Source of the DNA: Asterias rubens
Lineage: Eukaryota
DNA length: 64,000 nt
Assembly: GCF_902459465.1 (NCBI RefSeq)
Contig: NC_047062.1
Coordinates: 32,364,001 to 32,428,000 of the forward strand
Direction of reading: 5' to 3'
The stretch's first letter is position 1, and each line of letters begins with the position of its first letter. A program made the translations under genes and the position numbers. The notes beneath the pieces were generated by a model. It saw nothing but the letters and a program-made list of their open reading frames with translations, was not told where the DNA came from and did not search any database. Of this stretch, positions 11,901 through 22,140 are shown one piece after another.

Positions 11901-14900
11901 GTTAGAATGGCCCCTCAGAGAAACGTTGCATGGTGTCAGATATGTGTGGGGGACACCAACCAGGTTGTTCACAATCCTGTACAATTCAAACAAACATGCT
12001 AATCACAAAAGCTTGATGAAAGCCCAAATTCATACTTCCTGCGAATATAAATGCGAAGTGAATTTTGACGCCACGGAGCGCTTTTTTTTTTTCGCAGGAG
12101 TTGAACACAAGTCATCTGATGCAAATTTGTTGTCAAAATGCATATCGCGTTCGCGCTCAACAGTGCTTTAGACAGTTAAACACTGAGGGCACATTTGGGT
12201 TTCCAAATGTTTAATGGTTTTCATTTCTTTATCCTATTTGTATAAGTATTATTGTATTTTGGTGTGAACTTTCCAAATAAGTTATAATGAATAACATACA
12301 ATAAATATAGATATCCACAAATCTTTCTTTATTGTATTTCAGCACCTGCAATTATACCACCATTCCCTGGCTATCCATTCTGGATGCCCCCTTATCAACC
12401 TGGAGCCAATTTCCCTCAACAGCAACAACAGCAGCAGCAACTTCAACAAGCAGCTGCAGCAGCAGCAGCGGGAGGATTACCTCCACAACCACCCCAGGGT
12501 GCAGCTGCAGCCGCTCCTGGACAGGAGGGTGGTGCTTCTAATACAACCCCATCCACTACACAACCAGCTGGTGAGTAACAACTCTCATGCCTACAGTCCC
12601 AGCCAAATCTCGCTGGGTCCCCCTGCCCCTTTTCAATGTTGGTTCTCAATGTTGCACGGTCTTCTTCTGCGTTCAAGTCAATACTGAGCGGGGGGGGGGG
12701 GGGGGGGGGGGGGGGATGGGGCAGAAATTTCATGCTAAGCAAATTTGTGTGTTAGCAGCTCTATGAAATTGGACCCTCATAAACACATTTGAAAATCTCT
12801 GGGGTGTGTTTTGGCGGTCGCAACCAATAACCGTTTCTGTTGAGTTGCCCATTGGTTAATCACTGGCTGATGACCGACACAGTAATTGGTTACGACAGCC
12901 AAAACGCACCCTGATTATGAAAACTTTTCCCCTATTATACATACATTGAGGGTAATGCTAAATGTCTCCCTGATTGTTGTACAGATGTAAATTTGTGCAG
13001 CTTTCAAGACGTATCCATAAAAGATTTGTTATTGAACTTGCATATGTTATTGAACTTGCATATTTTTGTGTACTTTCTTATGTTATTGAACTTGCATATT
13101 TTCTGGTACTTTCTTGTGTTATTGAACTTTCAACATGCATATTTTCTGGTACTTTTCAGTTCTTATTGAACTGGCATATTTTCTTATACTTTCTTGTGAT
13201 ATTGAACTTGCAAATATTTTCTGGTACTTTCTTGTATTATTGAACTTGCATATTTTCTTGCACTTTTCATATCTTATTGAACTTGCAAATATTTTCTGGT
13301 ACTTTCCTGTCATATTGAACTTGCATATTTTCTTGTACTTTCTTGTGTTATTGAACTTGCAAATATTTTCTGGTACTTTCTTGTGTTATTGAACTTGCAA
13401 ATATTTTCTTGTACTTTTCATATCTTATTGAACTTGCAAATATTTTCTGGTACTTTCTTGTATTATTGAACTTGCATATTATTTTCTTGTACTTTTCATA
13501 TCTTATTGAACTTGCATAGTTTCTGGTACTTTTCATATGATATTGAACTTGCATATTTTCTGGCACTTTCTTGTGTTATTGAACTTGCATATTTTCTGGT
13601 ACTTTCTTGTGTTATTGAACTTGAATATTTTCTTGTTCTTTTGGTACTTTCTTGTGTTATTGAACTTGCATATTTTCTTGTTCTTTTTGGTGTTATTGAA
13701 CTTGCACATTTCTGGTACTTTCCTGTGTTATTGAACTTGAATATTTTCTTGTACTCTCTGGTAATTTCAATACTTGTTATATTTTCTTGTACTAGATACT
13801 TCTCAGTGCTTTATCTTGATGCGTTTAACTAAGGACCCTTTCTGGGGTTATCCTCTGATAATTGTGTGCATTTTTTCTCTCTGTTGTTTACTACTTTTGT
13901 GTTTATTTCCATAAACTGTTCATTCCTCCTTTGTAACATTGATCAATCAACAAACTATTATGTGCCCTTTACTTTACTTCCCTTGTGTTTATAACTTTCT
14001 GCATTCTTAATATATGCTCTGCTGGAATGTTGTTTTGTTTTCAATGTGTATGTTTCTCAAGTATTTATAGCCCTGTTCATGGCATTTCTATCCATAACCA
14101 AGGAACTTGTCACACCACAAATTGTGTCACACCACCTTGTAAACTCTTACAAGTTGCTATTTTAGTCTCATATTGCAAACAAAGTCTACCTCTTATTCAT
14201 GTGTTTGTTAGACGCCCATTGATAAAACACTTGTTATGTCATTGTTAATTTTTAAATGAGTATCATATTATTATTATTAAGTTAATATTTTGTATTAGTT
14301 TTCCAGGGTTTTGTAAAGAATTTGATATTTTATATCAGTAACGATTTGTACTGTGTTTTAAAAACAAATTTTCAGTGGTTGACTTTCAATAAACCGCTAA
14401 CATTATTTATAATAATAGTAACATTGATAATAGTATTAGTATTAATATTGTTATTAATAGTTGGCCTAATAGTAATTCGTTAACAAGTTAGTTAGGAAGT
14501 TATCCACATTACTAAATGAACATAACATTATACCTTCCTATGATTTATCAGCAGGTGGAGCTAATGCTAGTGCCCCAACTAGCCCCTTCACGCCCTCATC
14601 GGTGCCCCCGATGCCCTTCATGATGCCCCCTCCGCCGTTCTTCATGATGCCTCCATTTAGTGAGTCTTTGTAATGTATCAAATCTGTCTTTTGATTCAGT
14701 CCTGATACCTTGTTGTTTGAAGGGTACAACAGTTTTTTATTTAGAAAGGGGGGATCTATGATTGAGGGAAGGTTTAGTATCAATAGTTAACCTGGGCATG
14801 GACCAGGGGTCAATTTCACAAAGATCGAAACGGCGACTGTGACTAGAGCTTCAGCTAGATCGCGTCTGCTATTCTTTAACACTGGCAGACACGCTGATCT

Positions 14901-17900
14901 AGCCGTAGCTGTAGCCGAAAACGCGGTTTCAATCTTTGTGAAATTGACCCCTGGTCCATGCCCTTAGGACTAGTTGTTCTAACTTAAGACTAGTTCCAGG
15001 ACTTGTTAAAATCTTAAGACTAGTCTTAAGTTAGGATTACTCATCCTACTAGTTTAATCCACCCATTGGGAATGACTGGAACATTTTAAGGCTACTAAGG
15101 TAATTACTGGGAACCACATCTCAAGGGGCACCTGGAACATTTCAAATAGCACCAAGGCAATAGACCGGGCATGACTGGAACATTTCATAGGGCACCAAGG
15201 CAATGTCCATGGGATTGAACTTGCAGGCCTGGGTGATTTTTCTGAATTCAGTAGTATAACGAAAACTAGGATAACAGATCTAACAGATAACAATTATCGG
15301 ACTACTGTTTCAAATCTAATTGGTTCTCTTTACACATTTTGTTTGAGAGGAATTTTGTGTGAGAAGATCGAATTTGCCTTTGCAAACAAATTACCAACCA
15401 AATGGACCGATGTTATATGCGAAAAAATGTTAATGGCCTGACGATTTGACCCTAGCAGATTTAGCATTCGAGAAAGACTCTGCTAGGGTTGAAACGTCAA
15501 GCTGTTAACTATTTTTTGCAGGACTTTTGTGTATGAATATAACATCTTGCGCTACCCGTTCTTAACACCATTTGCTTATTGTTGATCTCTGACTTGTCTT
15601 TGTACAGCCACCCCTCCCCCTATGCCACCACCAGACTTTGCTGGTCTGACCGATGAGGAGCTACGTGCCATGGAGGGTGCAGAGAGACAACACTTGGAGG
15701 CTAGGATAGAGTGTCTGCGTGGGATCCACGCTCTGCTGGATGCAGCCATGGTGCAGATTCAACAGTACACTAGTGCCTTTGGGGAGTTCAGGTACACTTA
15801 ACATCTTCAAGTTAAACTGGGCTCAATAGACATGATAGACTGTATTGAATATCCCTTTTGTTGCTATACAAGTGGCCATAATGTAGAGCAGGCTGTATGC
15901 GCATCTAAACACGTACGTCAATGAGGGATGCAGCACGCAGCGTTCCTGGTTTGATTTCTATGGCACACGCACGCACACGCTCACATGGCGCCATGTTGTG
16001 GGACAGGTGTTTGAATGTCATATTCGATGCGGTCTATTTCACAGAGCTGCAAAAATGAGCTAAGCACGAACAGAAGTATGCTTACCAGAGTATGGTTACC
16101 AGCCAAAATACTATGCCACATGTACCATATCTGACTGGTATTCCTGCTTATTTTTGCTAAGCAGGAATTTCAGGAAGCATCTATATGAAATTGTGGCCAG
16201 CTACACTTGTGCTTTTGGGGAGTTCATGTACACTTAACTTCTTTGCGTACAACTGGACCCAGTTTCATGGAGCTGCAAAAAATAAGCTAAGCACAAACAG
16301 AATTATGTTTACCAGAGTAAGGTTACCAGCCAAAATACCATGCCACATGCACCATTTCTGGCTGGTATCCTGCTTATTTCTGCTAATAAGCACGGATTTG
16401 TAAAGCAGCTCTATGAAAATGTGGCCAGTTACAGTTTTTGCCATGCTTTTAAGACTCTTACATAACCTTACATTTTTAATGACACAATAAAAAACTAGAC
16501 CTTTACCAAGAACTTTTTAAATCATTTTGTTTGCAGTGCGAACGTCCCTCCACCACCCCCACCTGCCAGTCTCTATGGCTTCACCCAACCTACTGCAACC
16601 TCCCCTGTAACAAGCACAACACCCACAACCCTATCCACAACTGAAGCAGACATTACAAGTACGACACAAAATGCAGATTCAGGGGCCATCCCTAAAAAGA
16701 CATCTACACCATCAAGCCCAGAACCACTCTTAAAGAAAGAAAAAGACTCCTCAGCTGGTAAGAATTTATCAATTATCTAAATTATTGTATTTAAAACCAG
16801 TCAATTTTTCTCAATGAAATGCTGTTTTTGATGATTTTGCATACAAGTATGCTTGAATTTAGTCCAATATAGTTTTAATATCCATGATGCTTTATCCATT
16901 GTTGAAATGCATTGTCAGTCTATCTTTGAGATGAAAATTCATCGGTGTCAACCATGTTCTTTGTGATGGTGTTAAAAGAGTTTTATTTCAAAACCCATTT
17001 TGCATTTTTGTGATGATCTGGACACTGGGTCGGCTGTAGAGGTTGTTTTGACAATCTTTATTATTTGTATGTAGGGTCTGTGCAGCCAACCACCTGTGTT
17101 CCAGATTTATTGTATATTTTGCTGACTTTTACTGCTTGTACCTTGCTGTTTACCTTTCATTTCATGGAGGCTTTGTTTACAATACCCAAATAATTGTTGT
17201 TGATTTTCTAAGTGAGCCTGAAAATCTTTCTGTAGCTGTGAAATAATTCTAAATTGCATTTGCTATGTGTTACATAAAGTACAATCTTTTAAACAGCTAC
17301 CTGAGCGGAATGTTTTCAACAGAAATGGTATTTTTACTTGTTTATAATGCACTTGTTCACCATTTTAATGTAATTTTGATATGTGTACACTTCTGAACTT
17401 TTCGTAATTATTGAGTAAAAAATCAGGCCCCTACCTAAAGGTTTTTTTAAAAACTAAAAACACTTCTGCCGTTGAGAGCGGGCGTCAAAGGACAATGCCG
17501 CTGACGTCATTTGTGGGAGTTTGCTTTGTTATACATCATCGCTGCAACAAAGCGGCTTTATCTACTTATGACGTTTTGAGAGTGATTACGTAACAGGGCT
17601 TTTCGCAAATCTTGCAGAAAAGCTCTGGACAAGGGCATACAAAATGATTGTTTTTTTACACAATTGAAACCTATTTATAATCATATGACTCGATTTCCTT
17701 ATTCATCGAAAACATTTTAAGTTCACGACTTGACATTTTCGTTCAAGCAGGTCTTTAAATACCTTAATCTCTTATTAATGCATGTGCTATATCCGTGTCT
17801 TGTTTTTTAAAGGTTAACCTTGACCATGTTCTTGCATTTGTTAAGATGATATTGATCATGTGTAACTTGTGCTGTTTAAACTATCAACTGTGTTTTAAAT

Positions 17901-18300
17901 TTGTAAATGCTGTAACCACTGTGCAATTCAACCTTAGGGATAAAATATAAATATAATGATAATGATAATTTTAAATGATTATCTTTCTTTGTGTAACTTG
18001 TACCATTGACTGTGTATTTTTGAGCTTTTAACTTGCTGTAACCACTGTACAATTCAGCCTCCATACTGCAATATGGCGAATGATCTAATAATAATAATAA
18101 TGATAATAATAATAATATTAAAAATAATGAATGATTATCTTTCTTTCTCAGACCTGACAGCATTGGACGGTGCCTCTGGCTTCACGCCCTCCACCGAGGG
18201 AGAACTTATCCCAGAATTTAAGGAGGAAGATGGACCAGAGGAAAATGACCGTGGTGAAATTAGGAAACGGAGATTACAACGTCTTGAAAGTTCCCCGTGA
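2904..18300 (+). CDS. SYVN1: Synoviolin / HRD1 ERAD E3 ubiquitin ligase, 14 coding exons, 650 aa
   Basis: Exons 2904-3032, 3819-3911, 5614-5766, 6279-6327, 6817-6920, 7677-7803, 8783-8882, 10421-10486, 11325-11566, 12343-12570, 14552-14659, 15608-15791, 16537-16757 and 18152-18300. All are GT-AG, phases agree, and the total is 1953 nt. Motifs: KKQFYPSVVYLTKSNPSMA, HLIERSWYAVTETCLAF, RING-H2 CIICREEM...[47 protein letters not shown] and C-terminal IRKRRLQRLESSP. Confidence 0.97.
5452..5583. repeat. Tandem repeat of about 31 bp, 4-5 copies
   Basis: Unit taggaccaaatatcatgcatgctgttaccgc, repeated just upstream of the SYVN1 exon 3 acceptor. Confidence 0.85.
8240..8610 (+). mobile_element. tRNA-derived SINE, near full length
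   Basis: A-box-like TGGCCGAGCGAATAAG, B-box GGTTCGAATCC and a (TTA)n tail. Related copies lie at about 250-356 (-), 7960-8165 (-), 10505-10760, 23100-23180, 41090-41330, 42228-42500, 53970-54170 (-), 55300-55430 (-) and 56440-56720. Confidence 0.8.
9430..10090. repeat. Two tandem copies of a composite repeat carrying a 36-bp minisatellite
   Basis: Blocks 9430-9780 and 9780-10090 share the head aatgctaaatgtctccctgattgttgtacagat and internal attgaacttgcatattttct units. A third copy lies at 12955-13920. Confidence 0.8.
11745..11995 (-). mobile_element. 5'-truncated non-LTR retrotransposon (LINE) fragment, C-terminus of the RT ORF
   Basis: Translation LRGHSNKYMIPFTRTGVYQQSFFPSRIRVWNNLPEDII resembles the conserved SFFPRTIxxWNxLP end of CR1/L2-group ORF2. 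It lies antisense in SYVN1 intron 9. Confidence 0.8.
13028..13770. repeat. Minisatellite, unit of about 36 bp, about 20 copies
   Basis: Unit ttattgaacttgcatattttctggtactttcttgtg with small indels. It explains the cluster of periodic ORFs (IELAYFLVLSCV) in the ORF track. Confidence 0.95.
14794..14963. mobile_element. Foldback MITE
   Basis: Terminal inverted repeat gggcatggaccaggggtcaatttcacaaagat / atctttgtgaaattgacccctggtccatgccc, with an imperfectly palindromic interior. Confidence 0.85.
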
Positions 18301-18957
18301 ATAAAAACCATTCAAAGGAAATGCTAGGACTATTTCAATGTTTTCGTCTTGGGGGTGGGGGGGGGGCGTTGGTGGATGTACGGTGGTGACTTTTTTTTTT
18401 AAAATTAATTTAGTTTGTGCCCGATTTAGGTTTGGATTTTCTTGCAGGGGATTTTGTGTGTGGTGCGTAGACTTTGAGAAATACCGTCTCATAAAGTTTA
18501 ATTCAGAATTATGCTATGAGACGCTTTTCTCTATCTTCGCCACTACTAGAAGTGATAAGAGTATCATGTTTTCTGTTGTAATTGGTTGTGACATCACCGC
18601 TGGTCTGTACAGTCACAATATGAACCCTGTCTATTCATCCCATCTGAAGGTTAAGTTATCAGTGATGTACACGCTTTGTCTACTAAGTGATATATAATTA
18701 GGGGATATTGGGATTGGGGGTCAGGGTCTCGTCTGGCCCTTCATCATGTAATAATAATAAAGAGTTGTAATTCGCACATATCCACTCTGCTGGGTGTTCA
18801 AAGCGCAGTGACCCCAGATACCCATTTCCCCACTTCCCTGCCGCTGCAATCTCATTGATACTGCCAGTGATTTTGATTCACGCATCATCAGTGAGAAAGT
18901 TAAAGGGGATTTACGTGTAAATGCCAGGGTTTCATGAATCCTTAAAAAAATATGCAG

Positions 18958-19077
18958 TGACCTTTGACCTGATGGCCTTTGGCCTGATGAACTTTGGCTT
19001 GATGAACTTTGGCTTAATGAACTTTGGTCTGATGAACTTTAGCCTGGTGACTTTTGACTTGATGACCTTTGGTCTGT
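18958..19077. repeat. 15-bp tandem repeat, 8 copies, each DR1-like (TGA[A/C]CTTTG[G/A]CCT)
   Basis: Units at 18958, 18973, 18988, 19003, 19018, 19033, 19048 and 19063. Confidence 0.9.
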
Positions 19078-20619
19078 GGAATGATGGTAAACACATCCCC
19101 AAATTTCAAGTATTTTTTACTTCTGCTTAGATCTGTGCTGAATAACAGCTAAATAGCATGTGCACAACTCTCTTGCTAGAACGAACGCTGTGTTATGCTG
19201 CAATTTTTGACTGACCAATCTATCAAAGCGAGGTAGCTTTTGTGATGGGGCTGATAGCGTATTTATCTTTTATTTCAATTTTGTGTGATCTTAAAATACA
19301 TTTAAAGGGTCACACATTTGGGTTTTCTTGGTTTACTGTCAATCATGTTCTTACAGGTTTCATTTAGTTCAGCATGGTAACAGATTAGTTTTTATGACAC
19401 CCTTTACAAATATTCTGCCTTTTCATTGGTTTAGAATGTGTCACATGATATTTCTTAGTTTTAATAAATGGCGGCCGTGTGATGGTGCATCGTTTGCCAT
19501 GTATTAGTGCATCGTTTGCCATGTGATAGTCCAATGACTATCACACGGCGTGCAGTTCCCAGACATCTTTTTACCCACCTCAAACCCAATCAGTTGTGCA
19601 TTGGGAAAATTGGCAACGCTCCGGGGATCACCTCGGGAGTCATAGTTTTAACCATAGCATTCGAAGCAATATTTGTATGATAGGTACTAGGTACTAGGTA
19701 CTATTCTTTATCCCGATGCAAATTTCTATCTACATGTATTAGGTACTAGGTTGTTTTTATCTTACACAACGCTTATAATATCATAAACTTATGATTTGAA
19801 GAAAGGGCTCTCTATTTACCTCAATCCTGTTTCGTTTTTCCTGTAAACCCATGTTTAAAGAATCAAAGGAAAACAAACTATGAAGATACACGTAGTTTAA
19901 AAAACCCCATAATAAATTAAAAAATATCAAGTAAGAGACCCTTAAGGGAAATGACAGTAAATTATAAGTAATTTAGGGTCGTAAGGTTTTGGTGTGATCC
20001 CTTGCTATGGCAGTCCCAGGTTGAATGGCTTCTTACTGGCACCCCTAAACAAAGATAGATAATAGGGAGACTGCCAACAACAGGGCTCGAGCGGCCGCCC
20101 AATACATGTGGAGGTCGATGGAGTACAAACCCCACTATACTCAATTTGTCGTTATTCAACCTAAAATTAAATAATAAACTTCCACATGGATCTCCTAGGT
20201 GAACATTTTAGGGAAGCAAATATCATTAAGGTAATAATATGATCACATGTTTTACTGAAACTAATGTTAGTTTCAAGGGGTTAAGAAATGCAGACCAAAT
20301 AGAAATATCCAGTTATTAAAAGTGTTTTGTGTCTTCCCACTAGTAACGTGGCACATAGTGAAATGTGTAAGTGTATGTACAGAGCATTCACAGCATGATA
20401 AGTGGATGGTTTGAATGGTCAGACAGTAGGAGGGTTGACTGTGTATTGTGTAGATGCATTCACTGCATGATACCATATTGCAGGCTGGCATACATGTAGG
20501 TTATCTATCACTCAAAACCACAGTGGATGGTTCGAATGGTCAGACAGTTGGAGGGTTAACTGCATACTGTGTAGATGCATTCACCACATGGTATCATATT
20601 GTAGGCTGGCATAGTTTTA

Positions 20620-20778
20620 GGGAATAACAGTGTTCTGACCTGGTCTTCACTGCATGGTAATGACCTTGGTTGGTGGCTGGCGCTGTTAATGGTTGGTGGC
20701 TGGTGCTGTTAACGGACCGAGCCGTTAACAGCGCCAGCCACCACGCAGTGAAGACCGGGTCCGAACACTGTTATTCCC
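20620..20778. mobile_element. Foldback MITE
   Basis: TIR gggaataacagtgttc.gacc.ggtcttcactgc / gcagtgaagaccgggtccgaacactgttattccc, with an inner inverted ggtggctggcgctgttaacgg segment. Confidence 0.85.
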
Positions 20779-21380
20779 ATTAATAAATACCTTTTTTAAC
20801 GAATTAAGCGGCTAAAATTGTCAAAATTTTGTGACTTTTCTCTCGGCGATACTTCCAGACATGTTCAGGGGCCATATTTGAGCTTTTGATGGTTCCCATC
20901 TCTTTCGTGCGTTAATCACATTACTGATCTTTGAAACCAGTGACTCTTATAAATGATAGTCTGTTCAGCGCCTTCACTGGGGTCAAAGGAGGCAAATGAT
21001 TGGACGATAGCTGTTCTTTGTGCATTAAAACACGCGCATGAGCTCAGCTTCAATGTAGCATGTCGCTGTAAACAAGACCATATATGGACGAATGAGTTTA
21101 TATGCGCGCACCTGTTACCTCAAAATTGATCCATTTTCAGCCCGTACGCGCAAGTACGCGAAGTTGCAATGAAAGTAACATGAAAGTAAAAAGCATGTGA
21201 TACAGTGCAACGCGCAAGTGTTACACAATGTACATGTATGCTGATTTAGGGGCCACTTAATCACTATTTTCCAAAGCCAGTCTTTACACCGCCCGTTAAT
21301 ACATCCCCATGTGACCGGGTTTTGACCAATCAGAGACTTGAAACCGTCCAAGGTATTTATTAATATCATTTATAACACAC

Positions 21381-22140
21381 AGTGGGTCATATTGAAAGGT
21401 CACACAGTAGGAGGGTTGATTGTGTACTGTTTGTGTAGATTCACCACATGATATTATTGCAAGATAGCATAGCTTATATATCACTCAAAACCACAGTGGA
21501 TGATATTGAATGGTCAGACAGTATGAGGGTTGACAGTGTACTGTGTATATTTATTCACTACAAGGCCGACAAAGTTTATTTATCATTCAAAACCACAGTG
21601 GATGATATTTAATGGTCAGACAGTAGGAGGGTTGAATGTGTACTGTGTACACATGTAGATGCATTCACCACATGATATCATATTGTAGGCTGGCATAGTT
21701 TATCATTGATAACACACAGTGGGTCATATTGAATGATCACACAGTAGGAGGGTTGATTGTGTACTGTGTGTGTAGATTCACCACATGATATTATTGCAAT
21801 AAGATAGCATAGCTTGTAATTATCACTCCAAACCACAGTGGATGATATTGAATGGTCAGACAGTATGAGGGTGGACTGTGTACTGTGTATATTTATTCAC
21901 TACAAGGTCGACAAAGTTGATTTATCATTCAAGACCACAGTGCATGAATTTGAATGGTCAGACAGTAGGAGGGTTGACTGTACATGTACTGTGTAGATGC
22001 ATTCACCACATGACATTGCAAGATGTCATGGTTTATCTATCACTCAAAACAACAACGGATGGTTTAATGGTCAGACAGTAGGAGGGTTGACTGTGTAAGT
22101 GCAAATTCAAAATCACAGTGATACTATTAAAAAAGGGTTG
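21381..22140. repeat. Satellite of 102-121 bp monomers with a 3-mer higher-order period of about 340 bp
   Basis: Core cacagtggatgatattgaatggtcagacagtaggagggttgactgtgtactgtg recurs at 21381, 21495, 21597, 21718, 21837, 21939 and about 22055. Related monomers lie at 20390-20610, 39810-40050, 43730-43830 and 44010-44190. Confidence 0.9.

Noticed and set aside
12974-13832. Several overlapping periodic ORFs on both strands
   Set aside because: They are translations of the intronic 36-bp minisatellite.
18921-19130. ORF with repeated FGLM (tachykinin/allatostatin-like motif)
   Set aside because: There is no signal peptide, no Gly-Lys/Arg amidation or dibasic cleavage sites, and no splice context. 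It is a by-product of the 15-bp repeat.
21381-22140. CRISPR-like look: conserved core separated by variable segments
   Set aside because: The 'spacers' are homologous to each other (ABC-ABC), the monomers exceed 100 bp, there are no cas genes and the context is eukaryotic. It is a satellite.
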